From assembly GCA_012295275.1 (NCBI GenBank), contig CM022674.1:9672001-9736000 (forward strand): a DNA stretch of 64,000 bases, read 5' to 3'. The translations under genes were made by a program, and so were the position numbers. The notes beneath the pieces were generated by a model, which did not search any database, was not told the DNA's origin, and saw only the letters and a program-made list of their open reading frames with translations. Positions 51,138 to 64,000 of this stretch are shown piece after piece. Position 1 is the first letter of the stretch. Each line of letters starts with the position of its first letter. The stretch comes from Chrysomallon squamiferum (taxonomy: Eukaryota > Animalia > Mollusca).

Positions 51138-52084
51138 CTACAAAAAAATAATTAATTTGTTATAAAATATATTTTAAATTTCCTTAATTAAAAAAACTAT
51201 TTTATTAATAAACTTGTGAAATTAAATTAATGACAGAGATAATTTATTTTTTAAATTTAATTTATTTATAATATATATATATATTTGTTTTAATCTACTG
51301 AATCTAAAAATAAATATTTCATTGGCACATACTGGCTGGTTACTCAGAATGCTCTAATTGGAGATTGAGAACAAAAGAATGAAATAACAAATTCTCACAT
51401 GTACAATTAACAATAAAAAGATGTTTGCATATATATATATTAATACAAATACACATGCACCCACAGTAAGTCAAACATAATTAAATAACATAATGATGAT
51501 ATATTCTCAAGTGTGAGTTTAATTTAATTTGTTCACTGTCTACAATTTCTGTACAATTTTAATTGGTAGCTGTTTTGTATAATTACAGCACTTATTAAAA
51601 TGCTATCATTTATAATTCAACTTTGTTAATGTTAGATTAGCAGAGTCTAATTTCACAGACAGGATTGGTCTTTAAAGTGTTCAAAATTTAAGTATCATTA
51701 ATAACACTATTACAACTTCCTCTTTATATCAAGTATGCAAAATGTATTTGTCTTCATTAGGTTAAATTAAGCCTGTTCAAGAGAAAGAGAGTATGTGTGC
51801 ACTGTTATATTGAACTACCATATAATATCTATTCAGTATAAAATTAAACTTTGTGCTTTGGGTAAAAGTCCTACATAAGATACACAAGTTACAGCTTATA
51901 CGTATAAAAATTTCAATCAGTTGTTATTATTATTATTATTATTAGATTCAGTAAAATTTATAATCTATCTATCTGTATATACATGTATATATATACACAC
52001 ACACAAACACATAATAAAAAATATGTATGTAAATTACACACACACACAGAGTGAGTACATACATATATATATATATATATTCTA

Positions 52085-52363
52085 AGCAGAGATTATTATA
52101 CTTGGTGTGTTGCTGATGCTATGCAGATTGGTTTCAATTTTGTATCTGCGCATGGATGCTGGTCTGTCTGACATGGTAAGTCGTGGACATCGGCCACACA
52201 CTCCGTAATGATAATGCAGTGGAATCCTTTTCCGTATTCTTTTATAATGAGACAGCATATCTTTCTTTTGCATCATGTTAATAAAAAACATCTAGCACAA
52301 TGGAATTAAAAATCACTATCACCATCTGTATATTCATAGGAAAAATTAAATTACTCTGGAGGA

Positions 52364-52396
<33 letters not shown>

Positions 52397-52562
52397 TGGT
52401 ATCTTTTTATATTCCTCCACAGAAAAATCTGTATTACAATCTCTGACAAGCTTTCAATCCATATCATCATTTTCGAAAACAATATTGTTTTCAGATAAGA
52501 GTATGAAGTAATAAAAAATAATTCCACAAAGCATTTTCTTTTTTATGCACATCACCTGTTTT
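52085..52562. mobile_element. Possible non-autonomous repeat insertion in CCDC50 intron 1
   Basis: Block of distinct composition (local CpGs, internal poly-T) flanked on both sides by (TA)n runs. No TIRs confirmed. Confidence 0.25.
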
Positions 52563-55162
52563 ATATATATATATCAGAGATTATTTCCAGAATTTCCATT
52601 TCTTAATATTAATACAGCTATTAATATTTTTTCAAATTATAAAGATTAGGAATAATCTGAAATTGTCACTGATCCACATTCATATCAAGAATATTTCACT
52701 AGTTCAGCATCAGTAAAACAAAATAATAACAAAAGATAACTCCAATTTACACTTTTGTCAGTGCTTGTTAAATATTTTATAATATAGAAACAATGGGTTT
52801 TTTTATAAAGCAGTTCTACTGTATAAGTCACTGACAAAACCTTTTTAACAGGAAATACATCTATAGATCACAAATATTCAGAACCACAATGTTGTGTTAT
52901 ATCTAACATCATTCTTTTCAGTGAAGATATGATTAAGAAGCAGATACTTGACTGCACTAACTGACAAGTCAGTATTTGGCAGAGGTAATAGATTTACTTT
53001 GATAGGATGCCAATTAATAGCAAACTCTTCACAAAGGAAGCAGCTGTGTCAAGTTATAATTTAATAAGAAACATCTTACCTATTCAATCCCCCCAACCCC
53101 AAATGTTAATTAACCATTCCCCACATATATCACTAAATAAAAAAAAGGAGCAGCAAGTCTTGCTTTTAGTGATTCTCATAAATTAATCATCTGCTGTGTG
53201 TGTTGACCAGCAGGTTTAGACAAAGAAAGAGAATTTTTATAGCTACATACAGCTGCCTTTACATACAGATTCGTAACTTGGACTACAGCTAAAAGTAACA
53301 TTCTGTTTATCCAAGCATTTTGTAAACAAAAAGGTCATCTTGGTAGGAGTTTCACACATGTACACAAACACATACACAGTTCACAAGTTCTTGCTTTTGT
53401 CACATATTATATTAATTTTTTTTTAAACTAGTTGAATAAGAAAATGGTAGTTAAATGTATACATTTAACATTTGCTAATATGGTAGTTTTTACTTTTAAC
53501 TTATTGTTACGTCTTTTCTTTTGTACCTTTTGTTTTCAAACAATTTTTTTTTTTTTTTTTTTTTTTTAATTAAATTTATATTGATGGTCCTATATAATTT
53601 AAATTTTAACATTATAAATGGATATCTCATATTATACAAGCATAGCTAGTAACTTGGTGTACTGGACGGAGTAACAGGCTGATGTTTCCCTTATGCACTG
53701 CTGATCTGCAAGGATTAACCCATTAACATACATTCTTTAAAGAATTATCAAGAATAATGAATTATAATCACAATTAAGCCATCCATACAATATTTGCTCA
53801 TAAAAATTATATTAATGACACTTATCCAAAAATAGTAAAGTTACATTTATGTATAAAGTGGATAATTATTAAATTTATACCTTTGAAGAAAAAAGTCAGC
53901 AACATGTCAAGGATTCAAATTTTAAGTAAGCAAACCTGATTAAAACACTGACATATAAATTACACCCCAACCATCAATAATTTCAGAAAGTTTATGCTAC
54001 ACTGCCAGGTTATTTCAGGTTTAAACAGAGTTCACAGTATGTTCATGAAACAAAACTAATCTTTAACCATGTTAATACTACAAAACATTTCCTACAAAAA
54101 ATATTTTTATCATTAAAAACAGCAGTATGTTGTGTTGTAGGAATGCATGAAATGAAGAAACGAGGTTGATACACAAGGGTGAGGTAGCCTGGAGCTGTCA
54201 GCTACTTTCAACTGAAAACTGATTAACTTATTAGTTATTAACTGAGTAAATGTTTTGATTTTATGTCAACATATTTAAGTTTTTGGTGTTAATACTATTA
54301 CAGAAATAAACATAAATAATATAAAAATTAATTCTTGATCATTACATGTAATCTATGTTATTGAATATCTCCCCCTCTTTCTCTCATATACAATTTGCAG
54401 TACCAGCAAAGAGCCACCTTCCATGATATTAAAAGCAAATTTAAATTAAGGAGCTTTTTTCTTTCTTTTTCTTTGTGAATATGTTGCTGTGGGGGATGGG
54501 GGGGTGGGGGTTGTCTGGTATTTAAAATACATTACTATTTGCATAGATACCCTCCCTTTAAAGAACAAAACAAAAATTGTTAAACAGAAAAGCTATCTGA
54601 CTCAAAACATTAAATAATGTTTGGCTTTTGTCTGTCATCAAAATAATATATTCGGTTCACTCACATTATGTTTACAATTATGATGAGTTTTGCAGCTTTC
54701 CAGACAATACCATAATATCTAAAGTTGAAATAGTGTCCAAAAAGTCAATAATGAATCATTCTTTGAAGACACTTCAAAATCATCATAGTTTTCTGAGATT
54801 ATAAGTGTGATGATTTACTATTTGGAACGATTTATCAACGTCTTTAACATAATGATAATCAAAAAGGTTTTAAAAAGTAATTTCATAGACTTTTATAACT
54901 ATTAAGTGTTAAAGGAAAAGCCGGAAATCGGAAGTTTACATGATTAAACATAATTTATTTTATTTTTGTTGTTGTTATTTATACCTCTGTAGGTGTATGT
55001 GTGTTTGTGTGTGTGTGTCTTATTATTATTATTATTATTTTCTTCTTTTTTAAAGAAAGAATATTTGTAAATCCCATTAACGCGATGACATCAATATACC
55101 ATATTATATGGTATTGACAGGTGGTGGTAGTTCAAAGAAAAGTTAGAAATAAAAAGACTAAC

Positions 55163-55226
55163 CCTCTTGTACTTTTCCTGGCTGCGGCAAAGTAGTCGTT
55201 GCTTCATCACTACTGGCCTCAGCCAT
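55163..55226 (-). CDS. CCDC50: CCDC50-like coding exon 1
   Basis: ATG 55226, MAEASSDEATTTLPQPGKVQE then G|gttagt; joins exon 2 as LPQPGKVQEVCR (cf. CCDC50 LPGVKEVCR). Full CDS 1833 nt = 610 aa with the longer exon 6. Confidence 0.85.
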
Positions 55227-55259
55227 TTCTAAGTGCTAATATTAATATGTCACTTGCTC

Positions 55260-55560
55260 ATTTATTAAATACGGTGTTTAAAACACTCGATTTCATTTAA
55301 CAGAACTTTGTAAAAACATCTTAGAACAAAACAGGAAAGTGATGTAAAGCTAGCGAACGATCTAGCCATGTGAAATCAGCAAACTGTAATCCTAGCCAAT
55401 ACTTTATCGTTCGTCAGGTCTTTAAAGCAAAGTCGTTTTCAGTAAGAATGTTTAGATTAATTTTCTGGAAGTTATACTCCTTTATAATATATCTATATCC
55501 ATCTATATAGTTCGAAACACTCACCCACACACAAACGCATACGCACACGTGTAGATAAAT
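55260..55560 (-). promoter_or_regulatory. CCDC50 promoter / 5' UTR region
   Basis: CpGs reappear immediately upstream of the ATG after a long CpG-depleted gene body. ETS-like CCGGAAA/CGGAAGT motifs lie nearby at about 54920-54935. Confidence 0.45.
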
Positions 55561-57053
55561 AGCTGAAAAACACAGATGCTGTTAACTACAGTATTTAAGT
55601 TTCAGGTTAATTAAACTGAAAGTCTTTCACATTTAATATTGTACACATAAAATAAAAATCTAAGTCAGTTTTTATATATATCGTGTAATATAAATTCTCA
55701 TTTCGCCGTAATATAAAGTTTTAAAAAGGCATATTTGTCACCCAAATAGATTTAGGACTGGGCTTGGAAGTGATCACTTTCATAAGCCTTTAAAAAAACA
55801 AAAACCAAAAAAAACATTATTGTCTCCTATTATGCCACTGTGATTGGATTTGAATTTTTTTCTACTTCAGTAGATTAAATGCTTATAATTAAATTTCTAT
55901 ATAATAAATTAGTCATAAGCTTATCTAACAGTCATTAAAACCCCATTAAAAGTATGATGGATATTAATACACAAATATATATAATTATATATATCGATTG
56001 TGTTGTTCTAACAATCAGTTCATTGAAACATGTCAGCTCTATCTGTAATAATTATGACTTTCAGTAACCATTATGAATAGTAAAAGTAAATGAAATTAAT
56101 GACTGAGTTATTGATTACTAATACTGAAGGTGTGATTAACAACTTCTAAACTCGTTTTTGTATTAATACTAGTAGAGGTCAAAATCTGCTGATGATAAAA
56201 AAGAGAAAACTCCCGACGACTAGATAATATTAATTTGTTAATAATAACAACAACAACAACAACAACAACAAAAATAACAATAATAAATAAATAAATAAAT
56301 TTCTAAAAACAATAATAAAAATAATAAAAATAAATAAATTGCAGGCTTCTTTCTATCCTCACAGTCTTCGTGTCTCATTGTCATACTTTATTACACCTTT
56401 ACGTGAAACTAATGTATATTATTTGTATAGGTTGATTATATTAAATTACCCTAAACAGAATTTATAGTCATCAAAATGCTACGAGTCGTTCTGCTTTCTA
56501 TCAATAACTGAATAGACACAGCAAATGTTTTACCTTTCACTGACATAGGATAAACATTAGCACTGGTCAAGTACACAGCAATTATGTTAGTAATTTATAT
56601 ATATTTTTTTGTGTGTGTGTGTGTTTTTTGTTATTAAGTTTACCTCTGGAAATAAACATAAGTGGAAAAAATAATAATAATAATTGTTTCATCTCTGAGT
56701 TATTAATTTATTTATTTGTAACCACACTACAGAGAAAACAACAAAATATAACACAATAGCATTTACTGCAAAACTCTAAACACTAATCAGCAGAATAAAG
56801 GCACGATTCGAGATAACAGCAAAATAAAGTCAGTCTACTCACTGACGTCACCGGAATAATAAAAATGGTTGCACACAGAAATTATTTTGTAACTGCATTA
56901 TTTATTGTTAAGACTGATTATATTTAGACTATCTGTACAACCAAACTGCATTTTTATAATCTCTACAAATAAGTATTTAATTTTAATTTCATTATTTATT
57001 TTTCTTCGTCGTCTTCCTTCATATTTATTATCACATATCTACTATAACATGTA

Positions 57054-57996
57054 CAGTGGCGTGCAGAGGGAGGGCGATATGGCGGTGGCCCAGGGCATCC
57101 AATCAGAGAAAAGAACTTAATAAATTTGGTTGATTTATATTTAAATCGAATAAAGTGTTTATTTTATGTTTATTTATGTTTTATATGTGTTTACATATTC
57201 AAAATACAGTGCACTGAGCTCGTTACGCAATTTGCTCGGATATTAAATCACTTGTCCTAAATAAAATTAATTGAAATGCCATTAATCCGCTCCAGCCCCC
57301 CAAAAACCACCCCAATTCTTAGTGTCTTTAAATAAGAAAAATGTATGTATAATTGACAAATATCGTACAGCTATAAGTAATACAGAATGTAAAGAAATAA
57401 ACTAGTTTTGTAAAGTGTACAGGGTTAGGGATATTCCATCTTTTCATGGACAGAGATCCGCAGCTTAGAAATTAGTTTAACGCCTTTGGTTGGAGTTATA
57501 ACCTTTATCGACTCCTTCTGCTTCAGTATGGTACATATCGTGAAAGTACTACACTCGTACTGCCTAGCCATATTGATTACACGCACACCTCGCTCATGTT
57601 TGTCTACGATTTCATTCTTTAATTCAGTGGACATCATCTGCTTCCTCTTCTGTCCTTTGCACTCACAAGAGAGTCACTTCCACGGCGAGGTAACCATGTG
57701 AAGCAGATAATAAGGAAGACGCGGGATGCTGGGTGGATTTTGTTCATTGCGCAACTAGCGGCCGCGTGTCTGAAGCTCGCTCGTAACTCGCATTTGGGCT
57801 CGCAACTTAAAGCTAAAAATCGACCTGGCGGCTGCTCGTAACTCGAAAAACTCATAAGTTGGAGCACACGTAACTCGAAGTGCCACTGTATCTTCCTTTC
57901 TCATAATATTTCTCAGTACTGGGCCTTATGCTCGAGTCTTTGAGGCATGCAATGAAGGAGTTGGCACCGGACATCACCAGACTCTGCACGCCACTG
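57054..57996. mobile_element. hAT-type MITE (about 260 bp, interrupted by a Tigger insertion)
   Basis: Perfect 15-bp TIRs CAGTGGCGTGCAGAG ... CTCTGCACGCCACTG. 8-bp TSD aacatgta (57046-57053) / aatatgta (57997-58004), 7/8 identical. Confidence 0.85.
57207..57888 (-). mobile_element. Internally deleted Tigger/pogo (Tc1-mariner superfamily) element
   Basis: TA|CAGTG...CACTG|TA ends with subterminal ctcgtaactcg repeats. ORF 57425-57637 (..STELKNEIVDKHERGVRVINMARQYECSTFTICTILKQKESIK..) is a CENP-B/psq-type HTH from a Tigger transposase N-terminus. Confidence 0.85.
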
Positions 57997-59519
57997 AATA
58001 TGTACCAAATTATTGTCTGAATGTCGTCTCAGTGTAACTTGTGATATATTATCTGTGTAACTGTGTCTATTCAGTCGTCAAACTGATAAAGATTGATTCT
58101 GAACAGCGAAAGTATTCCATTTTGGTAAATGTTATCTCAAAAATAATATTATGTTGCCCATCAGTATATTTAGTTCATCTTTGGGAGAAAAGGGTAGTCC
58201 AACTGATTAAGTAAAGTATTCATTCAATGGTTCATTTCATTTTGCAGTGTCTGAAAATACAAATAAATAAATATTTTTGCCAGGTTTGTTTTACTGTTTT
58301 GTATAATGTCTATTATAAATAAAGATTTTCTTGAAAGAATTATAATATGCATTAACCTATTTATATCAACCTATGACAAAGTAAAAAAAACAAAAAACAA
58401 GAAAGAAACAAAAAAGATAAAAGAAAAAAAATCCCGAACAACAACAACAAACAAACAAACAAACAAATAAACTAAACTATCATTGTTACTTACAAAAATA
58501 TTACTATAAAATATTCTCTATATTTGAGACATACTGTTTGATTTTGTCTGTAACATATAACGTTAAATCCGGAATCTGTCAGTTTTATTTTATTTATGAT
58601 CTTAAAAATTACGATCTTGCTTTTATTTATTTATTTTATTTTATTTTATTTTATTTTATATTACATTTTTATATTTTATTTTATTCTATATTATTATACT
58701 ACGTTAAATAGATATTTAAAATTGAAGATATTTCTGATCATAAAATATTATTACATGAATAAATAAATTTGCAAAAAAAGTGGATCATTTTCTTTGTAAT
58801 TATGACAGTGATGATAGTTATAAGTGTAATTTTTATGGCAGATGGAAATAATTTTTGTACGAATAACAACAGTTTAAATAAAATAATATAATAAACAGAA
58901 ATATAATAATTAAACAACATTTGTTTTCAATCATTAAAACAGGGGATGGAGAAATGTTTGATAAAGAACCAGTCAGGCCAAAATATAAAAATCGTCTGAC
59001 TGCGAAACGACATTTGCAGATATCTTTAGTTCATTCGAGGAAAGAAAAATAGATTTATCTGCAACTATTAGTAAAAAGACTCCACATTTCATGCAAGAAA
59101 AAAGCACCGTATTGATTTTCTCCAGTTATAAATCTATATGTATATTAATAATCGGCTAGTTTTCTATGTGTCTCGTATTTGTTCAGCCTTTGGGTTACGG
59201 GAAAGATTTCTGTTTATAATGAACCTCACATGATTATCATACAATGGATCTGACCCTTTTTATAAATTTAATGCATTCTGTACAATACGCAGGTGTCGTT
59301 AAAACAATAATTAAATTGTACATGATCATTATTACAGTTACAGGCAGATAGATAACACACAAAATATATGTGTGACAAAAATAACCATACTGTAACATTT
59401 CCGCATTAATTTGTTTTGTAGTTTTGCATTTGTTATATATTTATTTATTGTATCTAATAAAACATCAACTTACTTTCTTTCTTTCTTTCTTTTTATTTGT
59501 TTAATTATTTATTTATTTC

Positions 59520-59551
<32 letters not shown>

Positions 59552-60039
59552 TTTTTTTTTTTTTCATTTCTTTCCCTTTAATATCTTCTTGTGGATTTTG
59601 TTTTGTGTTTTATTTTTTTCACCGTATCAAAATGGATCTTGTTAATATACTGAAATTTTCATGTAATGTAATAAAGAATTATGATTATTTCGTATGTGGA
59701 AACTGTATAATCGAAATTATCTTTTATCTAACAGTTACTTTTTGTGCTTGCATAAGCACGTTTCTTTACAGTGTGCCTTAGAGGTTTTTTTTATACACAA
59801 AAAAACAGTGAATTTTGCTAGATGGCTTTTCGGTTAGAATCTGTTATAACCGACAACCGTGTAACCAGACGAAGAAGAGAAATATTCCGGGTAAATTACA
59901 AATCTTTTAATAATTCCTTTCATAAAAAATAATGATGTTTTATTTTTTATTTTATTTTATTTTCTTTCTTTCTTTTTGTTTTTTTAATTCATTTATTACA
60001 GATTGCCTGACAAATTAGTTCAGCATTTGATAGTCAGTG

Positions 60040-60635
60040 AAATGAGTGAGATGAAAGAAAATCCAGATGTGTATTTTAAATAATTTATTTAAACAGAATA
60101 AAATCCGGTAAGACCATATATCTTGTAAAGAATAAGAATTTTTGTTGATTGAAGATGTTAAAATAATCAGGAAAGAAGCTTAACTGTGAATAAGGTACCC
60201 TGGGCAGAAATATTTACGAAGACGTCGAAAAGTCCATTCAAAAACAAAAAGTAGATTCTGAAAATTTCAGCCCATGTTTCAAATAGGTAGATAAGATTTA
60301 ATTTTTTTCATTCTAAAATGCAATACCACCCAGTTCCTTGCTTATACAAATATCTTTGTGTGTTGGTGCCAAAAGAAACGTAAGCGCAGCCAACTGTGTC
60401 CAAATATTTGTGATCTTGTTGCCATGTAGTTCATGCTGAGGTCCACAGCGCTGGATTATGTGTTGTAGCAAGACTACTTTGCGATCGCTGACCACAAAGA
60501 CAATGGCTGAAAATTCCAAACTCTAATAAAACAGGTGATCCAAGATCAAAGTGGTGGGCAAGGTTTTGCCATTTCAAGGCTGGAATGAACTGTAGCAGTA
60601 GATGTCATTCAAGTCTTATCCTCTCCAGTAACATT
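60040..60635 (+). mobile_element. Possible decayed Ginger/KRBA2-like integrase transposon remnant
   Basis: Frameshifted peptides QSGGQGF and CHFKAGMNCSSRCHSSL (60545-60630) resemble the Cys-rich C-terminus (GGQGF..C...C.K.G..CNS.CH.SL) of KRBA2/Ginger-type integrases. Confidence 0.35.
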
Positions 60636-63221
60636 TTACTGCTATTTTATTTCTATTTTTATGGAAATACTTATTTTATGTATTCCAGTTATTATTATAG
60701 AATGAATTTGTCTATTTTGTCCTTTATATTTTGTAAGTAACAGTTGTATATCTCTAATCTTCAGTTACTATGGTAATGTTATATTTCACTTCAAACGAAT
60801 GTCAGTTAAAAGCACAATGAACTCTCACATCAGCTTATCTTTGTAAATAATATATAAAAATATACATTACCTTTCATCTGGCTCAATCTATCAAACAAAG
60901 GGGCTAATTTTTCAGACAATTTGTAAAATGACACTTAATAAAATGAATGAGTACATAAATTATTTGTAATGTATATCTATTTACTGTGATGTTTTAAAAG
61001 GTATTGGGGTTTTTTCTGGGTTTATTTTTTTAATTTAATTTTATTTTTGTTCTCTATATAATATTTGATTCACTAAATAAGAAAATTAAACCCAGTATTG
61101 TTTTATGGATTACGTTTTGTTAATCTATCACAAGTGTGTTTACATTAGCGGGAACTCACAAATGCTGAAACCTTATCACATACGCCTCGATAAACAGCGC
61201 CCCTCTCTGTAGACAAATACAAGAAATTACATCTTAGCGGAATAAACATTACCCGTTAACGACTGGCAAACACGGAATAAATTCAGAATTAAACATAGAT
61301 AAAATATGCACGTGTTTTATCACTTTCAAAACAAGCGTTCAACGTGTTCGTTGTTGTTGTTATTAAAACAAATGACAGAAAAAAGAAAAACAACAACAAA
61401 TAATTATTTTGTTTAATGTTTGTAAAGTGATATTTTTTCTTTGAATTTTTGTTTTTTAATTTAAAAATTTTTAACTGAGTTATTTCGAAACATAAAAAAT
61501 ACACTGAAGTGACGGAAAGAAGTAATAATGATTTTAAGTAAAATTTCGATCAATTAATTTTAATTTTTATAGGAATCATTCGTATTCTGTGTTTATTCCA
61601 CAACAGTTTCTTTTCTTTTATTTCTAATTATTTCATTCACTTATTTTATTTTATTCTGTTTTATTGTATTGTATTGTATTGTATTGTATTTATTTGTAAA
61701 ATTTAAATTTTATTGTTGTTGTTTTCTAAAAATTAAATATCCATGCTATAAAATGCTATAAAGGTATAACTGTAATTTAAAATTTAAAATTTAATTGATA
61801 TTAAACAAAAAAATAAATAAACTAAATTTCACATTACACAGTTTGATATTGTGAATAAAACTGTACCTAGAAAACCAACAGAACCGGTCCTGGAAATAAA
61901 TAAAAAATAAAAAAGTAGAAAATGCCGAGAACATTAAACACATCATTATTTTAGAAAACATTATGAAAAAGTTAATCAATAAACTGACATTTTTTTAATT
62001 TTTTTTTTGCCTCTCTCGTTTAGAAATCAATGCCACTTAGTTAATACCATTCATCACTCGAGTCAACCTATCGTTCACTAATGCTGGGCTTTGATTTCCC
62101 GCCATGTTAAAACTAGCATGTCACTTTTGTCTTCGGCTGCGGTATGTTATCATGTGGGTTTTTGAGTTTCATTATTTTTACGTTGCCAGCCCACTCCATG
62201 TCTTGCAGGTCTTTAACACCTGTTATTTAGCATCTTGTGTGCACACATTTATATTTTTAACGTGAATCTAAGCAAAAGTATATTAAATTAGTTTTATTTT
62301 AAAAAATAAGAATGAAAAAAGAAATAAATAAAATTCTCTCTTTTTTTTCTACATGACATGAAAATAACGGCAGGAAGTTTTATAAAAATATAAAATAAAA
62401 TGTTATGAAAATAAAAACACGAAAAAAGAAAAAAGAAAACAGAAAATGTATTGAAAATAATTAAGATAAGAACAAACCAGCTTTAGTCCATGAAGTTTCG
62501 ACAAAATATGAAATATAATTCTATCGGTACAACTATTATTCTACTGCTGCTGTTGCTACTATTACTACTACTACTATAGTTACTACTGCTGCTATAGCTA
62601 TTGCAACTACTGCTGTAGGTACTATTCTGTTGTTTACATTACAGTAAACGGTTCTCAGTCCCGGTGGCAGGACTTAGGGGCTGGTTTTAAACAGCGATTT
62701 GTTCTTAATGTACGTCGTCATGGCTACAACAACAGAAAAAAGGAAAGAAACGAAAGAAAAAATACATTGTTTTCAAGTACTGTTTCAATTATAATCAGCT
62801 TTTTTACTTTTATTCTGGTATCAAAATTTTAATGACATTTGCAATTAAAACATAGATACTCTTTTGAAATAAGAAGCTCTTAATAATATATCTCATCTGT
62901 CAGATATTGTTTACATTTTTTATTTCTTTTCTACTTTGTCATTTTACTTTTCTTTGAAGTTCCTGTTCAACTGAAACATTTTACTGCATTTCTCTAATAT
63001 ATATATATATATATTGGTTAACATGAAATAAAGAAAACACTGTGAAGGAAACCTGATATTTATCTGTGATCTCTTTGTTCAGTCAGAACTGAAACGACGT
63101 AAATATTTAATGGATTTTCCTAGATATGACGAAAACAAAAAAATCATTATTTTATTTTTGGTTTTCTTTGAATAAAAGAAGAAAAAGAAAAAACTGCTCT
63201 GCATTTTATTTATTTATTTAT

Positions 63222-63248
63222 TTCTTCTTTTTTTTTCTTCTTCTTCTT

Positions 63249-63307
<59 letters not shown>
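63222..63307. repeat. (TTC)n(ATT)n microsatellite
   Basis: Directly visible; a similar compound repeat lies at 8880-8945. Confidence 0.9.
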
Positions 63308-63308
<1 letters not shown>

Positions 63309-63479
63309 TGGTTATCCTGTCATGTTCGAGCTCATACTGTGAATGTTTGTGCATCTGTGTTTTAATTGTGAATCCATTTGTATCGCGAATATCATACGAA
63401 AATACATTTTGTTTCCCCTGGATAAAAATAAATGAAAAATAAATATAGATGTGGTAGAAAACATTGACATATAACTGTG

Positions 63480-64000
63480 CATACACGTATATACAAATTA
63501 AAACACATAAACATGGGTACAAATACAAATACAGAAACACAGGAAAATATAAGAAACATGGACACACAAACACGAATAAACATAGTTAAAAACGAGAATC
63601 TGAACAAATGAGAGTATGAAAGTATGAACAAGTATATATACATAAATCATATAAATATATGATTCATATGAACTCAAAATATAAATATAGAAAGTACACA
63701 CTATCACATAAATATAAATATTTATTTACAAGGACAAATATAGAGACACAAATACAAACATATTTATACAACTGTGAACATATGGGTACACGATATAAAC
63801 AATGAAGCACATAGATACAAAATATAAATATAGATACATTCACATGTTTGTATGGATAGACAAAATAAACACCAGGTAAGTGTGGACGTTTAATCACGGA
63901 AACATCTGGACAAACCGTTATAAACAGATATACATGGACACACAAATATAAACACAGATATACATGGACACACAAATATAAACACAGATATACATGGACA
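63480..64000. repeat. 30-bp tandem repeat array, degenerate at left, near-perfect at the window end
   Basis: Unit tacatggacacacaaatataaacacagata is exact from about 63925 to 64000, with diverged copies upstream. Confidence 0.8.

Noticed and set aside
62640-62730. GC-richer patch as a possible tRNA/SINE head
   Set aside because: No cloverleaf or clear A/B boxes.

Overview
AT-rich, intron-containing animal DNA with many microsatellites. It is probably from an invertebrate bilaterian and looks mollusc-like, but the taxon is an inference. I reconstructed four genes by hand from GT-AG splice sites and checked that every junction keeps the reading frame. (1) The first coding exon of a globin X-like gene (- strand, 448-623), which continues off the left edge. 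(2) A divergent SLC52-family riboflavin transporter (+, 2 coding exons, 473 aa). (3) A complete Pax3/7 gene (+, 6 coding exons, 15241-31333, 446 aa) with paired domain, S50 homeodomain and C-terminal OAR but no octapeptide, set among CpG-retaining non-coding blocks. (4) A complete CCDC50/Ymer-like gene (-, 13 coding exons, 55226-39752, 606-610 aa) convergent with Pax3/7, with a probable ~6.3 kb 3' UTR. Mobile DNA includes a decayed FLYWCH-MULE transposon, a Tigger/pogo element nested inside a hAT-type MITE, and probable LINE and Ginger/KRBA2-like remnants. The most interesting leads are: the CCDC50 tail (polybasic + CKQQ) together with extra MIUs, PY motifs and a LIR candidate; the substituted conserved residues in the SLC52; the octapeptide-less, intron-poor Pax3/7 with a candidate alternative last exon; and a repeat shared by the two convergent 3' UTRs. 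I found no CRISPR arrays, tRNA or rRNA genes, or prokaryotic-type systems.
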